The notes: generated by a model not told the origin, from the sequence alone. A stretch of 63,951 nucleotides of DNA, filler included, from Reticulomyxa filosa (GCA_000512085.1; 26 parts of 26 records of this genome joined end to end with filler, not necessarily neighbours in it), one strand, 5' to 3'. Shown: positions 1-12,805, numbered from the whole stretch's first letter. Made by a program: numbers and translations.

Positions 1-29
<29 letters not shown>

Positions 30-31
<2 letters not shown>

Positions 32-1083
32 GAGAAAAAAAAAACCAGGGAGTAAATTGTCGTGGAGTTAGTCTTTTCTAAAGTGGCATTTTCTTGTTTC
101 AACACAGCCAATTCCATGGTTAGTCTGGAGATCTAAAGCACAAATTGCAAACATTTTGTTATTGTTATTGTTGTTGCTGTTGCAACAGACTTTTTTTTGC
201 AAATTACACACTCTTTTCTTGTTCTATTTCTCTCTCTCTCTCTCTCTTTTTCTCTCTTTTTCTCTCTTCTCCCTAAACTCTCTCTTGTAAGTCGTTGTTG
301 TCATCCAACAATTGGCTGTTTTGTTCGTTTGTGTCTGCAAGTTGGCGTTCCAAATTCTATTCAAAAGCCTCAATTTTTTTGTTGTTGCTGTTGTTGTGCA
401 AGGAATTGACACATACATTACAAAATAGAACTTTAATTTGGTTGAGTAATTTCACTTCCATTTGTTTGGACAAATCAAAATCAACTTTCAATTCTGAAAA
501 CTAAATGTATTACATATACATATATACATATATATATAAATATATATATGCATATATGTAAAATGTACTGACATTGCAAAAATTGCAAATATATATATAT
601 ATATTTTTTTTTTTTTTAAAAAAAAACAAAACTTTTTGGGACAAATCCGAAAAGGCCTGAGCCTCGAGAGAAGAGTATGGAGCTGACGGAGTTGTAATGT
701 AAATCGACTTTAAAGTGTCGATGAAAAAATGGATCAAATATTTGGTCATGGTACTCTCCGTGCGTAATCGGTCGCACACATACATTTGCAAGTCCATTAC
801 ATTACGTTCGTTCCAATTCGTAAAGATCACATTTTGAAATAAAGACTTGATACCATCATCTTTGTCATTGTCATTGTCGCTATCGTTGTTGCTGTAGCAA
901 TTGTACGTTGGCGATGCTGACAATATGTACTCTATCTCGTCCATTTTCTTTTTGTAGTTCATTCCTTTCTCTTCGCTTTCGCACAACTCTGTGTACCATT
1001 TGTGTCGCTCTTTTTCATTGCCATTGCTTGTCCCCATCAACTCTTTGAATTCTTCATAGCTCAAGTACCCGTCCTTGTTTCTT
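30..1083 (-). CDS. Partial multi-exon EF-hand + coiled-coil protein
   Basis: Exon ~630-1083 begins NKDGYLSYEEFKELM (EF-hand loop). Further minus-strand exon-like pieces lie at ~420-500 (FSELKVDFDLSKQMEVKLL), ~275-360 (LERQLADTNEQNSQLLDDNNDLQER) and ~55-135, separated by (TA)n/(GA)n/poly-A stretches. Truncated by contig ends. Confidence 0.55.
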
Positions 1084-1127
1084 TAATTTTTTTTTTTTTT
1101 TTTTTTTTTTTTTCTTTTTTTTTTTTT

Positions 1128-1227
1128 NNNNNNNNNNNNNNNNNNNNNNNNNNNNNNNNNNNNNNNNNNNNTTAATTAATTAANNNNNNNNNNNNNNNNN
1201 NNNNNNNNNNNNNNNNNNNNNNNNNNN
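1128..1227. other. Artificial contig linker (N-run + TTAATTAATTAA + N-run); recurs about 25 times in the window
   Basis: Identical 12-mer between N-runs, with stops in all six frames. Confidence 0.98.
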
Positions 1228-3035
1228 TTTTGTTTTTGCTTTTGTCTTTGCTTTTATACGAACGAGGATGTGGTTTGAAGTTCACGGGCGAGTCGTCGGA
1301 GAACACATGTCCTGTGGAATGTGAGACAGACTTGCCCGGGCGCGCCAAGTTGCATGACTCAGACGCATCAGATGACGACGAAGAAGATGGACATTCCGAT
1401 GACGACGACGAAGCCGAAGAAGAAGAAGAAGAAGAAGAAGAGGAAGCAGCAGCAGATGAGGAGCGAGGAGACGAAGGGGAAGATGCCGACGCCGATGCTG
1501 ATGCTGATGATGATGATGATGATGATGATGATAATGATGGGGACGAAGGAGAAGAAGAATGATCTTTAGGAAATGGGGAATTGGGAACAGAGAGGGCAAT
1601 GTCGCGAGAGGTCACTTCTTTGTCCAAATGGTCACTCTTTAATCTCGTCGACGACTGTTGGTCCTCTGCTTTCTCATTTATTGCTGTTGGTGGTAACATT
1701 GAATGCGGTAACTCGTTCAGCACTGACGTGCTAATCACACCATTGTCTGGCGGATTCTCGTCTGCCCAAAACGGGTTATTTGCCTCCTTTGCTTTTCGCT
1801 TTCGCTCTTTCTTTGCTTTTGTCTTCTTCCTTCCCTTTTCTTCGCCTTCGAGTTGCTTGTAATCGCTCTGTCTCTTTTCATCTCCTTTTCTCTCTTCTTT
1901 TTCTTCTTCTTTCTCTTCTTCTTCTTCTTCCTCCAATGTGAACAAAAAGCTTGCCAAGTCACCGCCCGAACAGTACTCATAGACCAAACAAATTTCAGGA
2001 GGACGCACACAGGCCCCCACAAACTCCACGATATTCTCATGTTTCAATTCCACTGAAAGCAATGACTCACGGAAAAAAGTGGCAACGCCCTTTTTGAAGT
2101 TCACCCCCCACCCCCACCCCCCATTTGTGCATACATATATGTATATGTTTATGTATATACTTATATTTATATTGTATGTGTACCTATACAATATAAATAT
2201 ATACATATACATATATATTTATACATATATGTGTATATGTCTTTTATGAAATGTGTACATAATGTAACGTAACTTCCAAGGTCAATTCATCCAAGACAAA
2301 AGTTTTAACAGCAACATGACGGGTCTTTCGATACCAAGCGGGGTAGACAAAGGCGGTGGACCCTTTGCCAATTGGCTCAAAGTCGGTTTCAATGTCCGCG
2401 AAATCGATGATAGGTACTTTGGTCGAAAGATAGTCTGTCAACGAGTCTTTTAAGTCACCTTTTTCCACTTTTTTATTTTTTATTTTTTCAAATTGTTTTG
2501 TTTTGTCGTCACAATTTTATTTTATTTTATTTTTTTTTTTTTTTTTTTTTGAAAGTGTAATACGACAAAACATTGATGTGAAAATTGTTGATTGGGTGCC
2601 CAATGACTTTGATAAAACATTTTACTAGGTTTGGTAGACATTTGCAAATGAAAGTAAATATTTCGCCAAAATAAGGAATCTCTTCTGACAACACAATAAA
2701 CCAACCAAGGCAATAACTGTTGAAACATCAAATTGCTAAGATTCAAAACACAAAAACTGTTATAGCCTTGCCACCAATACACCGAAAACAAGACATTGCC
2801 ACTTGCAAGAAGGATGTTGAATCCCAAATAAGCGTACACATGGTTCATTCGGATCCAATGATTCCAAATGCAATACACACAAATCACGAACAAGCTGCTC
2901 ACAAACACGCTGTACGATACTACAAACACGCCTGGTGTTATGTCATCAAATAAGAATGATCCCAAATAACCAAAGAACAAGCATATTCCAACTACGCATG
3001 AAATGAATACTGCACGTTTAAATGCTTTTCTTCCT
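1228..3035 (-). CDS. Multi-pass membrane protein fused to a TKL-type protein kinase (partial, multi-exon)
   Basis: Exon ~2570-3033 has about 4 hydrophobic helices ending PWLVYCVVRRDSLFW. Exon ~2274-2470 has IGKGSTAFVY...VAVK (subdomains I-II). Exon from ~2090 has FFRES..LKHENIVEFVGACVRPPEICLVYEYCSGGDL (III-V), followed by a long E/K- and S-rich insert. HRD/DFG motifs are not reached before the contig end. Confidence 0.8.
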
Positions 3036-3382
3036 TTTTTTTTTTTTTTTTTTTTTTTGGATATATATGTACATATGCATATATACATGTATATTTATAT
3101 GTGTGCATGTAAGGAAGGGGGNNNNNNNNNNNNNNNNNNNNNNNNNNNNNNNNNNNNNNNNNNNNTTAATTAATTAANNNNNNNNNNNNNNNNNNNNNNN
3201 NNNNNNNNNNNNNNNNNNNNNTCTTTGCTTCTGTTTTCCGCAATCTTGTTGACGGCGAAAATCGTTACTGATAATCGAAGATTAACTTCGAATTTCGTTC
3301 AGATACTGCTAGATGTTGCAGTATCTAGTTGTTTTTTTGCTTCCTTCCTTCAAAATGTAACTTTTTTTCAAAAGTTTATATC

Positions 3383-6038
3383 ATGACGAATGATATTAAA
3401 TAATCAAAATCAACAATTGGATCAACAAGAATAAAAGCAAATACTGGATTGCTAAAAGAAGAGTTGAAAATGGAATACGAGACAAGAACGAAAATATCGC
3501 TAACATGGATAAATCAAGCGAGAATATTCACAGAGAAATTCGAAAAGAAAGTTTCAAAACTCAGAAAACTCCAAGAGGTTCAAAGGGACCAAACAAAAAA
3601 ATAACTCTTTAAATCAGTTTCTTAAAGTTTTTTACCTTTAATCTTAAGTGCGAAAACACGCAGGTTAGTTTTAATTATCCAAAAGTGCAATTAAAGGTTT
3701 AACATTAAACAAATAAACTTGACAGCTTTGAGTCCAGAAGGAGCAAAAGAAACCTAATTGCACAGAAACTTTCAAAACTAAAAAAAAATTTTCTCAACTA
3801 GTAAAATTAGTTGACAACCAGTAAAGATAATGATAGAAGAAAATAAAAAAGATACACCAAATCTAAATGAACAAACAACAAACAGAAAACAGAAAAACGT
3901 ACCGAACAATGAAACCAGAAACAAAGACCATACAAAGAAAAATGATTCCAGGAATGATGACCAATCCAATAAAAATGAATCCAGGAACGAAGACCAGTCA
4001 AATAAAAAAAACGACTCCAGAAATGAAGACTAGTCTACAAAAAAAAACGACTCCGGAAAAAATGACTTCAGAACAAATACAGAACACAGCTCAGGCGACA
4101 ATATAAACAAAATAACCTTCGCAGAAAAAGCAACGAAACAAAAGATAGGTATGACAATGAAAATACAAGATACTGAATGGAATGAAGCATGGGAAATTAA
4201 TGACAAAGAAAGTGACACACACAAGATCACAAGAATTACAAATATACAAGGAAAAGAACTCAGCATAAAATGGCTCAAGGAAACGCAAGGTCTAGAGCTT
4301 AAAGTTGAACATGACAAGAAAATAATCATATCAGTCAAGCAAGAACGGATTAAAGAAATAGCAATGCAATCATCACTGGAATCACATACAAAGTAATTAT
4401 AATACAAGTAAAGAAGTTCCACAACGAAAGAATAAACATAGAAAGAATAATACAAGACAGAAAGTAATTAAAGTAATCAAAGAAAAAAATAACAATGATG
4501 AAATGGAAATTTGGTACATGATATCAGAAAACGAAATAAATACACTAATGGAAAGCAGGAAATATAATTATCAGGAACAACTAAAAATACGAACAAACAG
4601 CGTCAGATTAGTTCAAGCAAAGGAGAACCTGGAATTTCAAAAAAAGACTGGTTAAATGATATAAGAAAACAAAAGGAAACACAAATACAAAATCAAAGAA
4701 GTCATAACAGGAAGAGCAAACTCTCAACATAAGACAACAAACAATGCAAAGACAAAGACTGGAACAAAATCTGATTAACAGCAACACAACTACACTCCAA
4801 TAAGAAGCAACAACGTATCACAAAGAATAGAAGAAGGAAAAGAAAAAAATAAAATAATCAATAAATACAAAGGAATACTATCACAAAACATAAATGAAAT
4901 AAAAGAAAAACACAAAATTAACAAAATAACAACAAACCAAGGAGAAAATGAAGAAAAACTGCCCAATATAGAGGAGGGAACAAACGAAGAAGAAATAAAC
5001 GAAGATGAATACATAATCAATAAACAATACTACAACAATAACGAAGAAAGTTCGAAAGAATACTCAGATAGCTCGGACGACGAAGAAAGTAAACAAGACA
5101 GAAGAAATGAACAACTTTATTAAAGAAAATAAATTAGAAGCAAATATGGAATCATGGGACATCAACGAATCAGACTTTAATAAGAAAGGAAAACTAAAAG
5201 TACAAATACTACAGGAGGACAACAGCAAATACAGACTATGCACCAAATGTAAACACCTCAACTTCAAAGAAAAAGGAAACTATCTTGACAGAAACAAATG
5301 TGACCAGTGTGATAATATACTAGAAACCAAAAGAAATGGCTAAGCAGAATAGGACTAAGCAAAATATGCCAAAATTGTGAAGAAATCATGCCTGTGGACA
5401 TAAAAAAATGCAGAAAATATCAATACATGTATGAAAAACTAGAATCATGTAAAGAATGCAACAGAGCCATTAGATACAAAGAAGGACAATGCACAGATTG
5501 CACAGCAGATCAAAACAGGAAAAACAATACAATGGGACAATCAAAGTAACACGAAACGAATAAAGAAAACCAATTACTACAAGACGTAATACAAGAAACA
5601 GAGAACACAAAAGAACTATCACAATTAATACTTCAACAAATAGAAACAAAAACAAAACGGAAGAAATCACACAATCAAGTTGAAATAGAAACGAAACAAT
5701 AAAAGAAATAGACAACTAGAAAGATTATTGAAATTCATAAAAAATATGAAACAACAATAGTAGATATACAATAAGGAAGAATCAACAGAAATCAATATTT
5801 AGAAAAAATAGCACAGTGGAACGCAAAAAAAGAAATGGTATATTAATAATAATCCAACACAAATCGGTGAAATATTTGTGATTAACACTGATGAAAAAGA
5901 AAGATGGGGAAAACCACTATACCTATCAGCAAAGATAATATGGAATCTGCTCAAAGACAAAAGAGATATACAAATAGAAGAAAATAATGAATTTCAATAC
6001 AATATAAAAGAAATAATGAAAACAAGCGAGAAAATTAT
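3383..6038 (+). pseudogene. Decayed, intron-less A-rich ORF with several CxxC pairs; probable transposon ORF (ORF1/gag-like)
   Basis: Strong A skew on +. Many short ORFs are broken by stops and frameshifts. CTKC/CDQC/CQNC/CKEC/CTDC pairs cluster at ~5240-5505. No host-type introns seen. Confidence 0.4.
3905..4070 (+). repeat. ~33-36 bp coding tandem repeat (NDSRNEDQSNK-like), about 5 copies
   Basis: Repeated aatgaNtccaggaaNgaNgaccaNtc units. One copy has CAG->TAG at 4031. Confidence 0.8.
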
Positions 6039-6256
6039 CCTTGAGCCATTTTATGCTGAGTTCTTTTCCTTGTATATTTGTCACTTTCTTTGTCATTAAT
6101 TTCCCATGCTTCATTCCATTCAGTATCTTGTATTTTCATTGTCATACCTATCTTTTGTTTCGTTGCTTTTTCTGCGAAGGTTATTTTGTTTATATTGTCG
6201 CCTGAGCTGTGTTCTGTATTTGTTCTGAAGTCATTTTTTCCGGAGTCGTTTTTTTT
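6039..6256 (-). repeat. Inverted copy of ~4040-4280 with a small internal deletion
   Basis: 6039 ccttgagccattttatgctgag... is the reverse complement of ~4260-4280. Identity continues to the contig end, and the ORF track shows the same SLSLISHASFHSVSC... peptide on both strands. Confidence 0.9.
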
Positions 6257-6356
6257 NNNNNNNNNNNNNNNNNNNNNNNNNNNNNNNNNNNNNNNNNNNN
6301 TTAATTAATTAANNNNNNNNNNNNNNNNNNNNNNNNNNNNNNNNNNNNNNNNNNNN

Positions 6357-6393
<37 letters not shown>

Positions 6394-6454
6394 TTTTTTA
6401 CACGTGCATAAATTTTTTTTCGGTTCAATCAAAAAAAAAACTATATTATGTTTT

Positions 6455-7048
6455 GTTTCGAAACTTCATTTTTTTGTAACTCGTGCGTCAATGTTTGAAA
6501 TGACTTCTGTGTTTTCACATTTCCTTTCATCAGGTTTTTTATCTTTTCTTTCGATGACGACAGGTATCCATCTATTGGTTCAATCACCTCTGTTTGCAAT
6601 TGCTGTGCCATTTCGATGCGCAAACGGGCTGTTTCAAGCCTTTTTTTTTTTGTCCATCCCCCCCCCCCATTGGTCAAGGTTCCCATTCCCCCCTTTTTTT
6701 TCTTCCAAATATGTGGAACTTGATTCCAAACTTTTTTAACGCTCATAATATTCACCATAGAAATATACACTTTTTTTGCTTTAACCAATAGCTTTGGATC
6801 CCCTTGTCCAACTGTGAAAACGGCAAGTTTGCTTTCTTCTTGTTTTCAACAAGTGCTGTCAATGCCGCTGCTGATTTCAATTCCAAGTCAATTATGCCGT
6901 GTAACATATTCCGTGTAAAGTGAAGAGAATGGAAGGTCCCTTCGACTTTTTGTGTAATTTGAACAAATTGCTCCATTGCCTGGGTATTCTCTTTGAGACC
7001 ATGTCCTGCAGCTAGGCCTTGGGGTGATTTGTCTTTTTCACCAGGCAT
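6455..7048 (-). CDS. Probable F-BAR/FCH-like coiled-coil protein, N-terminal exons (partial)
   Basis: ATG at 7048. Exon 1 runs to ~6786 (TG|gttaaag) and exon 2 starts at ~6639 (aaag|G CTT GAA), giving ...IQSYWLETARLRIEMAQQLQTEVIEPI. This resembles the F-BAR 'A..H..LA..L...V..P' helix. Confidence 0.45.
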
Positions 7049-7680
7049 TATGATATCGAATCAAGTTACTTTTTTTTTTTTACCTTTTCTTTGGAACGTT
7101 TTGCGCATATCACACGTTTTCTAATTTGGATGTTCCTGATGTACTGATGCACGTGAATGTGTCAACACTATACTAAAACTAAGTGCCACATCTTAACGAG
7201 ATGATAACACCTTTTTAATGTTGCCATACATGAAACGAGAAAAAAATTAATTAATACTATTTACACTTTTTTTTTTTTTGTAAGCAGAATGCTTGCACTT
7301 TGTATAAGCCAGATGGAACATATATGCAGGTTCAAAGATCAAAATAGAAACAAACCAATGAGATTGACAGGGACATGGGAAATGAAAACCTCAAAACAAA
7401 GAACAAAGTAAGACAATTATTTGATGACGTTTGCCCTTTGTCCATCAAATTTCCTCATCAACAACAACAACAAAAAAAAGGGGGAAGAAAGCATTTAAAA
7501 ATAAACACTTACAACGAATCAAAAGCTATTTGGAAGGGAAAAAAACAAAACAAAACAAAACAAGTGAACTAGCAACAAAAAGACTACAATTGGAATTGAT
7601 TCGTCCTTCAACACATGTTTTTCTTATTATTTCAAAACTGTAGAGAAAAAGAGAGGGAGAGATTTAAATAAGGAAAAGGA

Positions 7681-8415
7681 TTATTTGTCCACTTGCCAGA
7701 CTTGGACTTTTTCAATGACAACTTTGTGCATTTTTTTGGGCAACATGACAGCCAAACGATAAGAGCCGATAGGAATATTGGAAAAGGCAATACCCTGAGA
7801 TTTATCTCCTTTGCCAAATTCAACTTGACTCGTAGCCATATCCAACAATACAGTAACTGTGTCACCAGCTTTATAACCATTGCCATACTTACGATATTTT
7901 CCTCCTTTCATCACACCCCCATCTTTGCCAAAGTATCCATAGCCCAATCGATCTGTGCAAAAGATCGTGTTGAGGAGCTTTCGGTACTTGGCGTCGTTCT
8001 TCTTCAACGAGTCATCCGTTCGCATGACCCCAACGGCCGCATGTGTCCCTTGCATGATTTTGAGCGTCCATCCCACTTTCATATCTTTCGTCACTTCCAG
8101 CGACCCAAGTGCACTATTGCCATCTTGAATGCTATTCTTTGACAGACACGAGTCACCTTCGATACGTAGCTGCGTTCCTGCATACATGAATTCATCTGTT
8201 ACAGAGCGAGGTGTCTTCCACTTTACATCCGCAGCACTACAATTCCCATTGCACAAATGCAGTATACGTTATTATGATTTTTTTTTTTTTTTTTTTTTTA
8301 AAGAAACGTTACACGTTATTTAAAAAAAAAAAAAAATAGTAATGAAAATAACGAAGATATATAGACACAAACATACCTTGCTCTTCTAATCAACTGCAAA
8401 GATTCGCTTTCATTT
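7681..8415 (-). CDS. SPRY/B30.2-like domain protein (3' part)
   Basis: WTLKI..GTHAAVGV..., GYGYFGKDG...KYGNGYKAGDTVTVLLDMATSQVEFG..SQGIAF is a SPRY beta-sandwich signature. A small upstream exon at ~8377-8415 ends in a gtatg donor. Confidence 0.8.
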
Positions 8416-8583
8416 CTAACACATTTTTTTTGTTTATTTATTTAAAAAAATAAAATGCTGTTTTGTTTTTCAAATGTATTGTANNNNNNNNNNNNNNNNN
8501 NNNNNNNNNNNNNNNNNNNNNNNNNNNTTAATTAATTAANNNNNNNNNNNNNNNNNNNNNNNNNNNNNNNNNNNNNNNNNNNN

Positions 8584-9270
8584 CAGAATTTTCAAAAATC
8601 ATTTGAAAGAATGTTGATTTAATCCAACAAAAAAAAAAAGTTATTGAAAAACCAATTTCATATTTAAAAACTACAAGATTTGTAGTGCAAGGCCCTATAA
8701 AGGAACCTGGGAGTTCCCAGTGGGCTAAAACTCCTCAACTAACTTCACTTACTCTTTTGTTTTGTTTTCTTCTTTTGTTGCGTCATTAATCTTTCTTTTA
8801 TTTAATTCACTTTTGTCTTATCGAACATTTGTTTCTTGAGTAAAACCATTTTCGTATTACATTTGGTACAACCTCTTCCGGCTGACGTCCCACAGATTTG
8901 TAGATATTTTTTTAAAAAAATTAAGTCTAAATGTTGATTTTTCATGGAGAAAATCAATTATCATCATAAGATACCGTTTTAGGCGTTCAGTTTTCTTTGC
9001 AACATAATGTACTATATTATTGTAAAACATTTTTTGAAACTGCTTCAAAAAAAGTTGGCAAATTTCATGGTTACGATGCAGGCACGATTGTCAACTTTTT
9101 CGCAAAAAATTTTGAAAAATCAATAAAATAATCAAATTTTTCAAACAATTAGTAAATATTTAATAAAAATTAATCATGTTTAAAAATGACACAATTTGTA
9201 GATATTTTTCAAAAAAAATGATGTCTGAATGTTATTTTTTCATGAAGAAAATCAATTATCTTTATAATGC
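8584..9270 (+). repeat. Dispersed/tandem AT-rich repeat family (copies at 8584-9005, ~9170-9270, 21615-21810)
   Basis: Shared blocks aaaaatcatttgaaagaatg, catatttaaaaactacaag, ttgtagatattttt and gaaaatcaattatc. Confidence 0.75.
8686..8894. mobile_element. ~208 bp insertion flanked by a 9-10 bp target-site duplication
   Basis: agatttgtag occurs at 8676-8685 and 8894-8903. Paralogous empty sites at ~9195 and ~21710 read ttgtagatatttt uninterrupted. With a 9-bp TSD the insert ends are TG...CA. Confidence 0.75.
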
Positions 9271-10038
9271 ACCATTTTATGTGTCAACTTTCTTTTGTGC
9301 TCTACTACACTTCATTTCTACCACATGTTTTCCCAATGATGATTTTGCAATTTGGCGTGTGAAGCATATTTTACAAAAATTTTTGATATAGTCGACAATC
9401 ACTAACAAATATAACATTTCTTGAATAACTGATGTCATTTGTTGTGTACCTTAATGTTGAGCCAGTGCATAATGAAATTATCATAACATTATTTCGAACA
9501 GATTGTGAAACAACAGGTTTGTTGTCATAACTTAGCAAATTCATTTCATTTAATTTTATTTTTGTTATTTCAATGCAGTTTTCCAATGTACATGAAAATA
9601 ATCATTTTATCTTTGTAAATGTTTTATTTTATCTTTGATTTGAATAAGATAGTAAATGATGATTGCTAATATCTTGCTTTGTATTCAAGAAATTTTGTTT
9701 CTCAAACATTCATTTATAATCATGAATTTCACAGCTGGATGCAAATACTTTTTCAATTTTATCACTTGTTTGATAAATAGTAATTGTTTTGTTTTAAGAA
9801 TTTGAAAGACTTATTTGTGAAACTTTGTCAATTTTAATGTACAGTTCATAGATATGAAATTTTCATTTTTGGAGGCTACAAACAAAGTGGTAGTTATTTT
9901 TATTAACTATTCAAGAATGAGTGCGTGCATGTGTGTATCCGCTGCGTCTTACTATTGACACTGTTTCACCTGTTTTGCTTCTTGATAAAAATTGAAAGGC
10001 TCAAGACAGGAAAAAGGGTGTATTGGGACAAACACGAA

Positions 10039-10855
10039 ATGTTATCTCGTTGTGTACAATTTAATCTTTCTCCTTCGCTAGGTAAATACGAACATCAAAC
10101 AAAACTCTTTATTTTATTGTACTTGTTTTTGATATGTCAAGATTTTTAGTATTGTGGCAAACCAAACAGGCACAAGAGTGCTATGCCAAAATGGCCGCCG
10201 TTTCGCAACATCAACAAAAGATAAAGCAGCCCAGCGTGACGCAGAAAGATTAAAAGGGTTAACGCTGACAAAAGCACAAGTTGAAGAGGCTATGAAAGCC
10301 CATTACGATGAAGAAGGAAGTTATTCTCCTCCACATGCGAGTACATTTCCTTCCATTGACAGAAGAGCATGCTTGATGAACTTGCGAATCCCACCATTGG
10401 GAATTACTCCACCACCATTTGGAGACGAGCAATTCAAAGAAGTTTTGTTATATTTCGGCTTCAAAATGAAGCTCTTCACAATGGAAAGTGAATGTATATA
10501 TTTTAATAAAAGTCTTCAAAAGAGCAGTGTTATATGTGTTTATATAAAATGTACATGAAACGGATTTGAACAAACGAAAAAAAAATACCGATCATATTTT
10601 TGACTTGCAAAAAAACAGATCGAGCAGAAGACAACATTACGACGAGATAACTTGCAATGGGACAGAGACCATTGGACGGATGACGCATTACAACCTGACG
10701 AAAAGAATGTCGATGTCATAATTGATGACATTCAAGAAATGTACAAAAAAGGTGTATCATTTGCTACTATCAATTTGTTCATTGATTGGTTTTCAGGTGC
10801 TGACAAAGGCTACAAACACGCCATTTACAACAAAACATGGGCAAGAATTGAATAA
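10039..10855 (+). CDS. Uncharacterised protein with predicted mitochondrial presequence (3+ exons)
   Basis: Splicing 10039-10053 / 10142-10441 / ~10619-10855 (GT..AG, phase 0) gives MLSRCIFSIVANQTGTRVLCQNGRRFATST..., an Arg-rich N-terminus with no acidic residues. Confidence 0.6.
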
Positions 10856-11230
10856 CTATTTTTCATTCCTTTTATTTGTCCTGTTTTTTCTCCCAAATTG
10901 TTTTGTTCATTCGTTTGGGGTTTTCGTACAAACATTTTTTTATTCATCTCCAATATGGAATGGAGATGATTTATAACACACAAAAAAAAAAAAGGTGACC
11001 ACCTTTTGTTAAATAAGCTGTGTTTTTTTTTATATTGATGTTTCTTCAAAACACGAAATCTCTACTCTTTTACATACTGATAAAACACTATATTGCGATG
11101 CAAAGCAAGATTTTGAGCTTTAACAAGGCATAATAATTGTATTTTTTCTTTGCATTAGGAGTGTCTCCTTGTGTTAAGAATTTTTTTTTTCTTTGCAAAA
11201 AAAAAAAAAAAAAAAGATCCCAACGAACGT

Positions 11231-12433
11231 TTAAGCCATGTTACAACACCAGAAAGCAAAATTGATTTCTTTAGATGTAAACAAAAGCAAATTGAAATGA
11301 GGACGAGGGTGTGAAGTGTTTTATTTACCAGGCAACATTCTGTCAATGCTGCGTTTGCTTGATGAGTCTTTCCATTCGTAATGCTGAATTGCCTCAATAT
11401 CTTCGTTGCCAAGCTCAGCAACATGTCTCCAGACATCTTCATTCCAATGGTCATGGAAGGCAATGTCCAGCTTCCAATTGGGGACATAGCCATCACTGAA
11501 TTTGTTGATAATATTGTAAGGCCAGTCCATGAGATAATCAAATGAGGACTTGTTCATCATTCTCATCAAGTCTTCAATTTTGACTTTCAACTCTTCTTCA
11601 AATCTTTTTTTCAGGGCCAACCATTCCGTGTAGTCACCAATGCGCAGCGTCTCATGACGAAGCAATGTCTGCAAAAAAAAAAATTAATCGGATATGGTCC
11701 ATATGTGATGAATGTTTTAATGATGCAACAAAAGCGAAACAAACAAACAAATGAAAATATTGTGGAGACATAACAATGTAACGGGCTCTCCACTTTTCAA
11801 TCTCTTGCTTGGTTTGATATTCATCCGTACTTCTCTCAATCCAAGACTCGGCATAACTTGTGAGTCCGACTCTATGATTAAATGCCCGTTTCGGTGCATG
11901 GTTGATGTATCGCATAAATGCAACACTTGCAGGCCCATCCCAAGGATCTGTCATTTTGTTTGTTTGTTATTTCTTTTTTTTACATTTGTTTTTTTTGTTC
12001 AGTGTTTGAGTACATTAGTCGTAGATAATGTTCCTTTTTTTTTTACAACACAAAAGTTCGCATCAAGGTATTTTTTTTTTTTTGAAGTTTCTTTCGCAAA
12101 GAGTCCTTTTTTTTTTTTTTCTCCCCTCCTCTTCCATCTTCGATTTTGATATGCCAATACTTAACACAAGTTTGGATCAGGATCCTCCCACATATCCAAG
12201 GCTTCTTCTAAGTCTTTCATCAGCGTTTGTACCTCTCCAGGGTCTGTCATGGTTCGGCATTTCTCGAATTCCTTGCGGCAGTGATAACCAAACCAGTCCC
12301 ACCATCTGTAGTCGTAACGAAGAATTTGCTTCGACCATTTCATTGTTCGACGATACAAATTTTTCACTGCATTGTAGTGTTCCAGCGAACCAAGCTTCGC
12401 CACCTGAGGTATCGGTTTGTGCTGATAAGGCAT
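11231..12433 (-). CDS. NDUFB9: Complex I LYR-family subunit NDUFB9 (B22) with C-terminal extension, 4 exons, ~272 aa
   Basis: Exons 12433-12166, 11947-11775, 11668-11329 and 11268-11231 are all GT-AG and in frame. The protein has an LYR motif (VKNLYRRTMK), R.EFE, and a spliced DPDPNLYPWDGPASVAFMR matching the B22 'PDPY..PW.PGGS.F.R' motif. Confidence 0.8.
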
Positions 12434-12805
12434 TTGGAGGGTTTTTTAATAATTTATTAAAGTGCCAACTTTTTTTTTTTTTTCTGTCTTGTCAAATTTC
12501 AAGCAAGCAGAAAAATGTGATATCAAAATTGTTTAAAAATTTAAATAATTGTATGTTTTGACTATTCATATTGGAACTAAATTTAAGTTAATCATCGCTC
12601 TTCTAAGCAGTTTTGTGTAATCTGATTTGTATTATTCTTTGCATTTTGTTTGGTAAGGCTCGAAAAACCCACAAAAAGCTTTTAAAAAAGAAAAACCATT
12701 GAAAAATTTTCAAATTGAAATGTGTTATCAAAACTTAAAAAACACGAAAAACAAAATTTTGAAAGCAAAGCTTAAAAAATTTTGCTTGGCCCCTCTGTCG
12801 GAATC

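Noticed and set aside
1230-1599. Poly-D/E and poly-H ORFs on alternative frames
   Set aside because: Shadows of the Ser-rich trinucleotide insert in the kinase gene.
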